Below, piece after piece: positions 1 through 7,220 of a stretch of 64,000 bases of DNA. Positions within the stretch are counted from its first letter, which is position 1; every line of letters starts with the position of its first letter. A model generated the notes under the pieces. That model did no database searches. It was not told where the DNA came from and saw nothing but the letters and a program-made list of their open reading frames with translations. Both the position numbers and the translations under genes were made by a program. The stretch is from Chloroflexota bacterium (GTDB lineage Bacteria; Chloroflexota; Dehalococcoidia; E44-bin15): NCBI GenBank assembly GCA_030626475.1, contig DAOUOW010000002.1, positions 454 through 64,453 on the forward strand, in the 5' to 3' direction.

Positions 1-1
1 T

Positions 2-850
2 TTGGATATATGGAACTGTGGTGAGGGAACCTTAGAATGGAGTGTGAGCGATGATGCTGCCTGGCTCTCCCTCAGCCCTCTAACAGGCTCCTCCACCGGG
101 GAGATGGACAAGGTGATCCTTTCGGTGGATATTACCGGGATGGGCCCCGGAGGCTATAGCGCCACCATCACCATCCAAGGCCCGGGGGCAACCAATAGCC
201 CTCAGACAGCCTCGGTGAGCCTTACCATATCGATGGAGGGATATGAGCCAGGTGGTTCGACCGAGCCGCCGTGCCGATTCTATGGTACTGTCCAGGTGGA
301 CGGGGCCTATGTGCCGGACGGAACACCGATCACGGCCACGGTAGATGGTGCAGGCACGTGGACGACTGTAAACTTCACGTATACAGGGTCACCGGCGGAA
401 TCAGTATATGTTTTGGATGTACCTGGAGATGATCCGCTGACTCCCGAGAAGGACGGCGGCGTCGAAGGTGACGCGGTAACCTTCACGATTATACATGGCA
501 GTACAGATTTGGCCGCCGGAAGCGGCATCTGGCACAAGGGGATTCCGCAGGAAGTCAATTTGCATGCAACAACACACATCGGAGGCGGTGGAGGAGGCGG
601 AGGGGGCGGCGGAGCACCCACACCGACTCCACCTGCAGAACCAGCAGTAGAAGAACCCGAAGAGCCGGTGACACCTCCCGAGCCGGCACCATCCCCCGAG
701 CCGACACCACCCGCTCCTGAGGAACTCGCAGATGAAGGACCTTCAGGCTTGGCTCCTGGCGCTTGGGCGGGAATAGGCATAGGGTCGGCTTTGCTGCTCG
801 CATTGGTGGCATGGCTGATACTGCGCCGCTGGGTTTGGACAGGTAGCTGA
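2..850 (+). CDS. Cell-surface/secreted protein, 5'-truncated by window edge, C-terminal membrane anchor
   Basis: ORF is open to the window start. It has a run of 11 Gly (nt 581-613) and a Pro/Thr/Glu-rich linker APTPTPPAEP...PEPTPPAPEE. This is followed by the hydrophobic helix WAGIGIGSALLLALVAWLIL and a basic RRW tail. No catalytic motif recognised. Confidence 0.7.
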   Translation: MDIWNCGEGTLEWSVSDDAAWLSLSPLTGSSTGEMDKVILSVDITGMGPGGYSATITIQGPGATNSPQTASVSLTISMEGYEPGGSTEPPCRFYGTVQVDGAYVPDGTPITATVDGAGTWTTVNFTYTGSPAESVYVLDVPGDDPLTPEKDGGVEGDAVTFTIIHGSTDLAAGSGIWHKGIPQEVNLHATTHIGGGGGGGGGGGAPTPTPPAEPAVEEPEEPVTPPEPAPSPEPTPPAPEELADEGPSGLAPGAWAGIGIGSALLLALVAWLILRRWVWTGS

Positions 851-901
851 TAATGTAAACACGTCCGGGCGTACCCCGGGCAAGGGGGGAGTTGAGCGAA
901 A

Positions 902-1105
902 TTGACGGCTAGAGGAGCGTTGCAGATAGACGGCCAATCCTATCTCACAGCCATGGAAGCGGCTAAACGGCTCGGGGTATGTGAAGAGACGATTCGGCGC
1001 TGGGCTAGGCTTGGTAGGCTGCCCGCAAGGAAGCTGGGCTTCCAGTACTTCATCCTAGAAAAGGATGTATTGGAGTGCGTGCAGGCTATGGGTAAGAGTC
1101 CTTGA
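902..1105 (+). CDS. Excisionase-family (MerR-like) helix-turn-helix DNA-binding protein
   Basis: The segment YLTAMEAAKRLGVCEETIRRWARLGRLPARKLG...ILEKDV matches the xis-type HTH pattern (L-T-x-x-E-A-A-x-x-L-G-V-S...I-x-R-W). Non-ATG (TTG) start, so the start is uncertain. Confidence 0.6.
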   Translation: MTARGALQIDGQSYLTAMEAAKRLGVCEETIRRWARLGRLPARKLGFQYFILEKDVLECVQAMGKSP

Positions 1106-1265
1106 TAGAAAAAAGGGGAGCTGGTGTGCCAACCGCTCCGCTTAATAACAGACAACCCTGCTTCACCTGCTAGCACAACCTCCCCTTAGAACCTTGCAAT
1201 TACTTTAGGGAGATGTAATTACTTCACCTGGATCGTTCTGCACACGTGAGGGTGAGAGGTGTAGG

Positions 1266-3269
1266 ATGGCGGGGGCGAAGGCGAGAAGTGAAGTTCAATT
1301 GATAGTGGAACGGGACAGGCTGAGGGCCATCCTCTCCAGCCTCGGGGAGGGCGTGGACATCGTCAGCCCTGACTACAGGGTCTATTTTCAAAACAAATTA
1401 TTGCTCGACAGGTTTGGGGACTTAAGAGGCAAACTTTGCTATGAGGGATTTATGGAGCGGAGCGAGCCCTGCGAATCGTGCCCCATGGTAAAGGCGATAC
1501 AAACCAATACAACGCACTCTGCGGAGCTGCTCGTTGCTGACGGCAGGCACTACGAGGTAACCTCCACGCCCTTCCTTGACACCAACGGTGAGACAAGAGC
1601 CATCCAGGTGATAAGAGATATCACTGAGCGCAAGCGGGCCGAAGAGGCGCTTTTGCGTTACGCCAAACATGAGGAGGCGCTTCATGCCGTTGCCGCCACG
1701 GTGAGTCAGACCCTAGACCTCCAACAGATGCTAGACGGCGTCTTGGACAAGATGCTTGCGATAATGGAAGTAGATGTCGCTAACATATACATTATAGATG
1801 AGCCAGCGGGGGAACTAATTCTCAAGGCTTATAGAGGGCTATCCGAGAAGTATATTGCCAGCTTCAGCAGACTGAAGTTAGATCGAGATGAAGTTGAGAG
1901 GGCGATGGAGTGGAAAGAGCCCTCTGTCGGAATGGAGAAGCTGTTGAACCGGGCCAAAATCTCCAAGCTAATGGCGATATTAGAAAAGGAAGGCGTGCAA
2001 TCACATATGATTGTGCCGCTCAGGTCAAAAGGTGTCATTTTGGGCGCGGTAGTGGCTGCCTGCCGCCATTGTCGTGAGTATACCCAGGAAGACCTTGAGT
2101 TGCTTCAGGCTATCGCCAATCAGGTGGTGGTAGGCATAGAGAACGCTCAGCTACTTGAGAAGACGAGACGGCTATCGATTACTGATGAACTAACGGGGCT
2201 CTACAATTACCGCCATTTTAAGGAACGGCTTGCGCAGGAAATAGCACGCGTCGACCGCTATAGCGGAGACTGCTCCGTGATTATGCTCGACCTGGACTAT
2301 TTCAAAATATACAATGACCTTTTCGGGCATGTGGCCGGTGATGAGGTCCTGAAGCGAATAGGTAAGACGCTCCGCGATTGCACCCGGCAGGTGGATATCG
2401 CCTGCCGCTACGGTGGGGAGGAGTTTGCCATCATCCTGCCTCAGACAGGTCCGGCTGGTGCCTATGAGGTAGCGGAACGCCTTCGCCAGGCCATGCAACG
2501 CGCCTTATCGCTGGAAGGCAGAACTGCGAGAACCCCACTTACCATCAGCCTAGGCACAGCTTCCTATCCTAGCGATGGGCTATCACGAGAGGATTTAATC
2601 CTCCATGCTGACCAAGCCCTGCGTCTGGCTAAAGACAGGGGGAGAAACCAGACATGTTTAGCCTCTGATGCGCTAGACGCTGCCCAGACAAGTGGGGTGA
2701 GGCGGAAGGTCGCACAGCGTCTGGAATCGGTAAGCCTGAACACCATCTATGCCCTGGCAGCGACAGCGGATGCCAAGGATCATTATACCTACGGGCACTC
2801 CCAAAACGTATCCAAGTATGCAGTGGCTATCGGCACAGCCCTTCGCCTGCCGAAGAGGCGAATAGAGCGGCTACGCATCTCTGCCCTATTGCACGATATT
2901 GGCAAGATCGGGCTCCCCGACAGCGTAATCAGGAAGCCAGGCCTGCTGAATGACGAGGAGCGAGAGATCGTGAGGAAACACTCAGAGCTGGGGGCCGACT
3001 TAATCAGCCACAACTCTGAGTTGGCCGATTGTGCCTCGGCCATACGCCATCATCATGAGTGGTGGGATGGCAGTGGATACCCCGCCGGCCTCAAAGGGGA
3101 GGCCATTCCTCTCGAGGCGCGTATCATCGCCATCGCTGAGGCCTATGATACTATGACCACACCACGTTCCTATCGCCAGACGATACCGCCCCAAGAAGCA
3201 ATTCAAGAGCTAAAGCGATGCGCTAGTATCCAGTTTGACCCATACCTGGTGGAGAAATTCTCGCTGTAA
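1266..3269 (+). CDS. PAS-GAF-GGDEF-HD-GYP multidomain c-di-GMP turnover protein
   Basis: The PAS end motif RDITERKRAEEAL is followed by a GAF-like segment. The GGDEF domain has an intact GGEEF and an I-site RQVD five residues upstream. The HD-GYP domain has HDIGK and HHEWWDGSGYP. Confidence 0.9.
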   Translation: MAGAKARSEVQLIVERDRLRAILSSLGEGVDIVSPDYRVYFQNKLLLDRFGDLRGKLCYEGFMERSEPCESCPMVKAIQTNTTHSAELLVADGRHYEVTSTPFLDTNGETRAIQVIRDITERKRAEEALLRYAKHEEALHAVAATVSQTLDLQQMLDGVLDKMLAIMEVDVANIYIIDEPAGELILKAYRGLSEKYIASFSRLKLDRDEVERAMEWKEPSVGMEKLLNRAKISKLMAILEKEGVQSHMIVPLRSKGVILGAVVAACRHCREYTQEDLELLQAIANQVVVGIENAQLLEKTRRLSITDELTGLYNYRHFKERLAQEIARVDRYSGDCSVIMLDLDYFKIYNDLFGHVAGDEVLKRIGKTLRDCTRQVDIACRYGGEEFAIILPQTGPAGAYEVAERLRQAMQRALSLEGRTARTPLTISLGTASYPSDGLSREDLILHADQALRLAKDRGRNQTCLASDALDAAQTSGVRRKVAQRLESVSLNTIYALAATADAKDHYTYGHSQNVSKYAVAIGTALRLPKRRIERLRISALLHDIGKIGLPDSVIRKPGLLNDEEREIVRKHSELGADLISHNSELADCASAIRHHHEWWDGSGYPAGLKGEAIPLEARIIAIAEAYDTMTTPRSYRQTIPPQEAIQELKRCASIQFDPYLVEKFSL

Positions 3270-3314
3270 ACGGATTTGGCGCTCTGCGGGACTGAATAAG
3301 CCGATGGGGCTTTG

Positions 3315-3821
3315 CTAATGCTCTCTATCAACCTCCCCACAATCATAGTCTGGTAGTGGTATTAATTCTATGCGCAACTCTTCGAACGCCTTTTGCTGTA
3401 GCTTTCGTAGTAATTGCTTAAACTGCTCCAGTTCCTCTGTTGACAAGGGCGACATGAGTTCTGCAATCAAAGTCCTAGCCTTCTCTAATCCAGCGCGGCA
3501 GAGTTCCTCTCCCTTGTCAGTTATTTTAACCTCTGTAAATGGGTGCCCCCTCTGCTTCGGCACTCTCTTCACCAAGCCATCCCTTTCCATTCGAGCGAGC
3601 AATCCAGCAATCGTTTGACTTTCCCGGAAGAGCAAACGAGATAGCTCAGCAGGCGTCACCAGGCCGCGATAGTCCCTGCAAAGCCACAAGGCGTGAACCT
3701 GCTCAGCCGTCAAGTGCATCTCATTGAGGTGACGATCCGCTATCCTGTGTATTGCATAGCTAGTTCGCCGAAGAAGCATCCAAGCTGTGACAGCATCATC
3801 CGAAAACTGGTAATCGTACAC
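3315..3821 (-). CDS. MarR-family transcriptional regulator
   Basis: 168 aa with a winged-HTH core LTAEQVHALWLC...LSRLLFRESQTIAGLLARMERDGLVKRV. GTG start preceded by GAGGAGGA. Confidence 0.85.
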   Translation of the reverse strand: MYDYQFSDDAVTAWMLLRRTSYAIHRIADRHLNEMHLTAEQVHALWLCRDYRGLVTPAELSRLLFRESQTIAGLLARMERDGLVKRVPKQRGHPFTEVKITDKGEELCRAGLEKARTLIAELMSPLSTEELEQFKQLLRKLQQKAFEELRIELIPLPDYDCGEVDREH

Positions 3822-3970
3822 TTAATCCTCCTCTTATGTTGCCTTATGCTCGCATATCATAATATCAAAAAAGCGGGTGCAAAACAACCTCTATGGATGG
3901 GCACGAGGCAAACGCCGGGTGAACAAAAATTTGGAATTAGCTAGTCTGCTGCGCTAGAAGCCAAGCAGTA

Positions 3971-4300
3971 TTGGATACGAAGGCGCTCTACACTAAGAGA
4001 TCCTGCACACGTCATCATCTTGATGTGGACACACTGCTGATAGGTAGAGCTGAGGAGACGAGGCATGAGTTGATACTGGAGCCAAGAGCTAGTGACACCG
4101 TCACCTTTGCTGTGACGAGGGACGAGGCCGGTACCTACAGTATGGAAATTGATGGGCTGACAGGTGAGTTTACTGTGCAGGCGCACCCATACCGCTGGGC
4201 GCTGGTTAGCAGCATCATAGGTAGTGTTTTAGGCCTCTTAGCAGTGGTGGCAATAACAGTGTACTTGGTCGTTTTCCGAAGAAGGAGGGCAGCAGCTTAA
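3971..4300 (+). CDS. Small tail-anchored protein; possible 3' remnant of a surface-protein gene
   Basis: 109 aa with no N-terminal signal peptide. It ends with an Ig-like last-strand pattern TVTFAVTRDEAGTYSMEIDGLTGEFTV, then the TM helix WALVSSIIGSVLGLLAVVAITVYLVV and RRRR. The frame opens only at nt 3941, after a TAG. Confidence 0.4.
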   Translation: MDTKALYTKRSCTRHHLDVDTLLIGRAEETRHELILEPRASDTVTFAVTRDEAGTYSMEIDGLTGEFTVQAHPYRWALVSSIIGSVLGLLAVVAITVYLVVFRRRRAAA

Positions 4301-4377
4301 TGGGGATGGTCATTCCAAGTCGCACCCCCGGAACCATGTAACAAAAGTCCATTTGGTGCAGCCACGAGTAAACAAAA

Positions 4378-4407
4378 GGGGGAAGCGGATTCGAATCCGC
4401 TTCCCCC
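4378..4407. terminator. Bidirectional intrinsic terminator between convergent genes
   Basis: Perfect 12-bp stem GGGGGAAGCGGA / TCCGCTTCCCCC with loop TTCGAA. On the minus strand it is followed by TTTTGTTTAC, and on the plus strand by TTAATATTT. Confidence 0.7.
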
Positions 4408-4428
4408 TTAATATTTGGCAGATAGAGC

Positions 4429-5034
4429 CTATATCTGCAAGGTTATCTGGTGGGGATAAGGATCAACGCCCGTCGCCTCCACCGTGCCAGGGTTTTGCCC
4501 CCAGCCATAGGCGCAAAACACACAGTTCTTGAAGGCTTCCTTATCCCCAGCCTCATAGCGCTCGACCAGATAGCGCCAGCCAGGGCAAAGCCGGCCGTTC
4601 ACCTTTGCTCTCTCCTCTTTTGCCCGGCACTCCAGGCGCAGATATGCCACCTTCCCTTTGCCCCCCTCTGTCCAGCCCTTGCCCTTGGGAGCCTCCATCA
4701 CCTGCTCCTTTGGCCTGTTGGGGCACAGATGATACTCATACTGGCTGAGGCGGACATGCCCGCAATAAGGGCAGGGGAACACCTCACGCTCCTCGACCTC
4801 GCCCTGCCTGCACTCGGCACAGGCGTTCTCGGTCACCAACTCCAGATTCCCATCACCGCACCAGGGGCATAGTTCAGGGATCGGATCCCCCAACTGGGAG
4901 AGGGTCGCCCCTTCCCCGCACTCGGGGCAGCCGTAGGCCGGCTCAGTGGGAGGGTCGAAGGTTCGGCAGACGGGGCAAATCCTGCGCCGCTCGGTGAGCA
5001 GGCTGAGCTGCTTGGCTCGCTCTTGCCACCACAC
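4429..5034 (-). CDS. Multi-zinc-ribbon protein of the integrative element, C-terminus QITLQI
   Basis: Repeated CxxC pairs: CPVC...CPEC, CPWC...CAEC, CPYC...H-x-C and CVFC. GTG start after GGAGGTGA. The extreme C-terminus HQITLQI resembles the hexapeptide beta-clamp-binding pattern QLxLxL. Confidence 0.6.
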   Translation of the reverse strand: MWWQERAKQLSLLTERRRICPVCRTFDPPTEPAYGCPECGEGATLSQLGDPIPELCPWCGDGNLELVTENACAECRQGEVEEREVFPCPYCGHVRLSQYEYHLCPNRPKEQVMEAPKGKGWTEGGKGKVAYLRLECRAKEERAKVNGRLCPGWRYLVERYEAGDKEAFKNCVFCAYGWGQNPGTVEATGVDPYPHQITLQI

Positions 5035-5088
5035 GGTCTCACCTCCCTTCTATTCAGTTATTGGCATAGGCCGGGGATTAACTCCCCG

Positions 5089-5268
5089 CTACTCGATCTT
5101 CTCTGCGTCGAGGATCACCTCATTGAGCTGGTCAATGATGGGGATAAGCCTCTCTTCCAGCTCAGGATGCACCTTTACCACCGCCTCCAGGTGGTCTCTG
5201 GCGTAGATGATGGAGAAGAGGGGGTCGTATCCCTCGGCGATCTCCCGACAGGTCTGCCCGTGACCCAC
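5089..5268 (-). CDS. Small hypothetical protein (59 aa), absent from the supplied ORF track
   Basis: Hand translation gives V(M)GHGQTCREIAEGYDPLFSIIYARDHLEAVVKVHPELEERLIPIIDQLNEVILDAEKIE. GTG start 6 nt after a strong SD, GGAAAGGAGGTGAAC. It lies just upstream of, and co-oriented with, the Zn-ribbon gene. Confidence 0.45.
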   Translation of the reverse strand: MGHGQTCREIAEGYDPLFSIIYARDHLEAVVKVHPELEERLIPIIDQLNEVILDAEKIE

Positions 5269-5296
5269 CGTTCACCTCCTTTCCAGGCCACAAGAA

Positions 5297-5334
5297 AGGG
5301 GTTGAACCCCCACGCTTCGGGGGGCGCAACCCCT
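5297..5334 (-). other. GC-rich extended stem-loop between the terminator and the small-ORF RBS
   Basis: The outer stem AGGGGTTG / CAACCCCT encloses CCCCC...GGGGG with a CTTCG-type loop. On the minus strand it is followed by TTCTTGT and, 28 nt later, by the GTG of the 59-aa ORF. Confidence 0.4.
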
Positions 5335-5344
5335 CTAAAAAAGC

Positions 5345-5372
5345 AAAAAAGCGGGGCTACCCCCGCCTTTTT
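5345..5372. terminator. Intrinsic terminator downstream of the DnaN-like gene
   Basis: Stem GCGGGG-CTAC-CCCCGC, flanked by AAAAAA on one side and CTTTTT on the other, so there is a U-tract on either strand. It lies 38 nt after the clamp gene stop. Confidence 0.65.
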
Positions 5373-5409
5373 GCGTGGCTTCTGTTTTGGGCTAAACGCT
5401 CGGTTATGC

Positions 5410-6588
5410 TTAGACTGCTACAGGTTCTTTTGCCTTGCGACTGCGCCTGGGCTTGTCCTCGGTAGGAGCTTTGACCTCAGCGACTGGCTCGCTAGGCGCT
5501 TCCGCCTCAGTGGGCGCTTCAGGCTCATCCCCCCACTGAACGAACATCGGCATCAGCACCAGCCGATAACCGTCAACGGTAAACAGTATCGGGTCTTTTG
5601 TGCCATTGACCTTTAGCTCTGCCATTCCCCCCAGGGCTTTGAGCACCTGGGAAAGGTATCTGGCACTAATAGCGGTCTTTGCCTCGCCCTGGGTCTGAGC
5701 CTCGATGGTAGCCTCCCCCGCTCCATCGCTGGAGGATAGCCTTATTCGGCCGTCCTCGATGTAGAGCCTGATAGTAGCATCCTTCGCTACACCAAGAGAG
5801 GCAACCGCCATCCCCGCTCTCATAAGCTCCCTTGTGTCGAACCTCGCCTCGGTCTGGGCTTCGGCGGGGATTAACTTCTCATAGTCGGGATAGCTCCCCC
5901 CTTCGCTTGCCCACCGATACCGTATTGCCTCGGTTTCAATCACAAGGTTATTGTGGTCGGCGATACCGTTTGGCTCAAAGGCCAGCCGAACCCTTTTCGC
6001 CCTTTTGAGCGCCGATATAAGCCCCTTAATCTCATCGGCGGGGATAAGGGCGTCGCCCTCCCCATCCTCAAAGTCAAGGGCTACATCGGCAAGACGATAG
6101 CCATCGGCGCTTGCCAGGGTCAGCTTCCCCTCTTTTTGGGCAAAGCGGACACACTGCAACACTGGTCTCTCATCCTTTTTGCCCGCAGCAAAGGGGATAA
6201 CCCTTGCCAGGGCTTCGGCAAGCTCTATCCCGCCAAGATTGGGGATAACCGAGGTATTAGGGGATACCCGAACCTCACAGGTATCGGCTATCGCCATCTT
6301 CTTTGTAATCCACGCTCCATCTTCAAGGTAGCTCGTGTTAGCCCCGCAGACTACTCTCAAGCCTTTACCTGTGGCCTGCGCTTCGCTAGCACCACCGTTT
6401 GAGGGGGTTATCTTGACCATTCCCCCCTGAAGTAGCCTGATATAGCCCAGGAAGCCCTTGCGCCCAAGCTCTATATCGTTAATCCGAATCTTGGGCGCTT
6501 GCGCCCTGGAAAGAGCGCTCACAAGCCTTGCCCTGTGGCAGACAAAGCCTTCACCTGAGCGCTTGCCCTCAATATTAAGTTGTTCCAA
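5410..6588 (-). CDS. DNA polymerase III beta-subunit (DnaN)-like sliding clamp, element-encoded, with an extra charged C-terminal tail
   Basis: DnaN hallmarks: RPVLQCVRFAQKEGKLTLASADGYRLA (cf. L-x-L-V-A-T-D-G-H-R-L-A), YPDYEKLIP (cf. FPDY..VIP), ISARYLSQVLKAL and YRLVLMPMFV (cf. ..VVMPMR). A ~45-aa tail follows: WGDEPEAPTEAEAP...KPRRSRKAKEPVAV. TTG start. Confidence 0.75.
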   Translation of the reverse strand: MEQLNIEGKRSGEGFVCHRARLVSALSRAQAPKIRINDIELGRKGFLGYIRLLQGGMVKITPSNGGASEAQATGKGLRVVCGANTSYLEDGAWITKKMAIADTCEVRVSPNTSVIPNLGGIELAEALARVIPFAAGKKDERPVLQCVRFAQKEGKLTLASADGYRLADVALDFEDGEGDALIPADEIKGLISALKRAKRVRLAFEPNGIADHNNLVIETEAIRYRWASEGGSYPDYEKLIPAEAQTEARFDTRELMRAGMAVASLGVAKDATIRLYIEDGRIRLSSSDGAGEATIEAQTQGEAKTAISARYLSQVLKALGGMAELKVNGTKDPILFTVDGYRLVLMPMFVQWGDEPEAPTEAEAPSEPVAEVKAPTEDKPRRSRKAKEPVAV

Positions 6589-6730
6589 GCCCTACCCCCC
6601 TTTGGGCTTTGGGGAAAGGCGGGCAATTCCTCTCCCGTGCCCTAGTAGTGAACGCTAGCGGCGCTGCGCTTCGCTAGCCGCCGCTTGCGCTCCCACTTAT
6701 ATAATGAATTTGGGGGGTCAAAATGCGACA

Positions 6731-7186
6731 TCACAAGAGGCAAAGCTGGTGCTTTTGACGGTATCGTTCGAGATACTTTTGGTCGGTTTTGGTGAGCGCT
6801 ATCCCGCTAACCTTCTTGTGGGCGATCTCCACAAGCCTCTTTGGGCAACCGAGAAGCCAAACCCTTGCGTCAAGCCAAGCCTCCAGGTCTATGGCGTTAT
6901 CGTCGGCGATGGTGTCTATCAGCTCTATGGTGTCGCCTTCGCCATCGCCTATCTCGGTATTGAGGCTTATCAGTCTCCCGTTGCGCTTCTCGGTATGCCA
7001 ATACTCCATCACAACATAGCTGGCTACCCTTACCATAGCTCCCTCGGTAAAGGGCTTGTGCCCGTTCCTCTGGGCAACCTCTGCCATCCTCATTATGATG
7101 TTATGCCTCAAATCTTCCCTATCATCAAACCTGGCCTTGTATTGAAATCTATCGGCTACTTCGCTATACTTTTCCCAGTCTAGCAT
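6731..7186 (-). CDS. Minimal sigma-70-family/ECF-like (or RinA/ArpU-like) transcription factor ending in QLCLL
   Basis: Region-2-like DREDLRHNIIMRMAE...MVRVASYVVMEYWHTEKR and region-4-like LLGCPKRLVEIAHKKVSGIALTKTDQKYLERYRQK. I place the start at the ATG at 7186 (MLDWEKY...), which sits 8 nt after AAGGAG, rather than at the TTG at 7210 used in the ORF track. The C-terminus is ...KHQLCLL. Confidence 0.6.
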   Translation of the reverse strand: MLDWEKYSEVADRFQYKARFDDREDLRHNIIMRMAEVAQRNGHKPFTEGAMVRVASYVVMEYWHTEKRNGRLISLNTEIGDGEGDTIELIDTIADDNAIDLEAWLDARVWLLGCPKRLVEIAHKKVSGIALTKTDQKYLERYRQKHQLCLL

Positions 7187-7220
7187 CCGACTTGCTCCTT
7201 TCCAGGGCAAGGCTAGACTT

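Noticed and set aside
307-780. 157-aa ORF with a poly-Pro run on the minus strand.
   Set aside because: It is the complement of the poly-Gly/Pro-rich region of the plus-strand surface protein and has no independent support.
1112-1140. Hairpin GGAGC-T-GGT...ACC-GCTCC preceded by an A-run. It reads as a canonical terminator only on the minus strand and might mark an antisense sRNA in 1141-1265.
   Set aside because: I found no convincing minus-strand promoter in 1141-1265. It most simply serves as the (weak, bidirectional-type) terminator of the HTH gene that ends at 1105.
4378-4407. Hairpin containing GGATTCGAATCC, which looks like a tRNA T-arm. I considered it as a tRNA 3' fragment or att remnant marking the left end of the integrative element.
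   Set aside because: The stem is a perfect 12-bp helix with a 6-nt loop. A 5-bp T-stem with a 7-nt TTCGAAT loop cannot be drawn, and there is no acceptor-stem continuation and no match to tRNA-Ser at 11216-11301. The flanking T-runs fit a bidirectional terminator.
5023-5616. 197-aa plus-strand ORF spanning the clamp/Zn-ribbon intergenic region.
   Set aside because: It crosses two terminator hairpins and runs antisense to the clamp 3' end. The region is better explained by the minus-strand 59-aa ORF, which has a strong SD.
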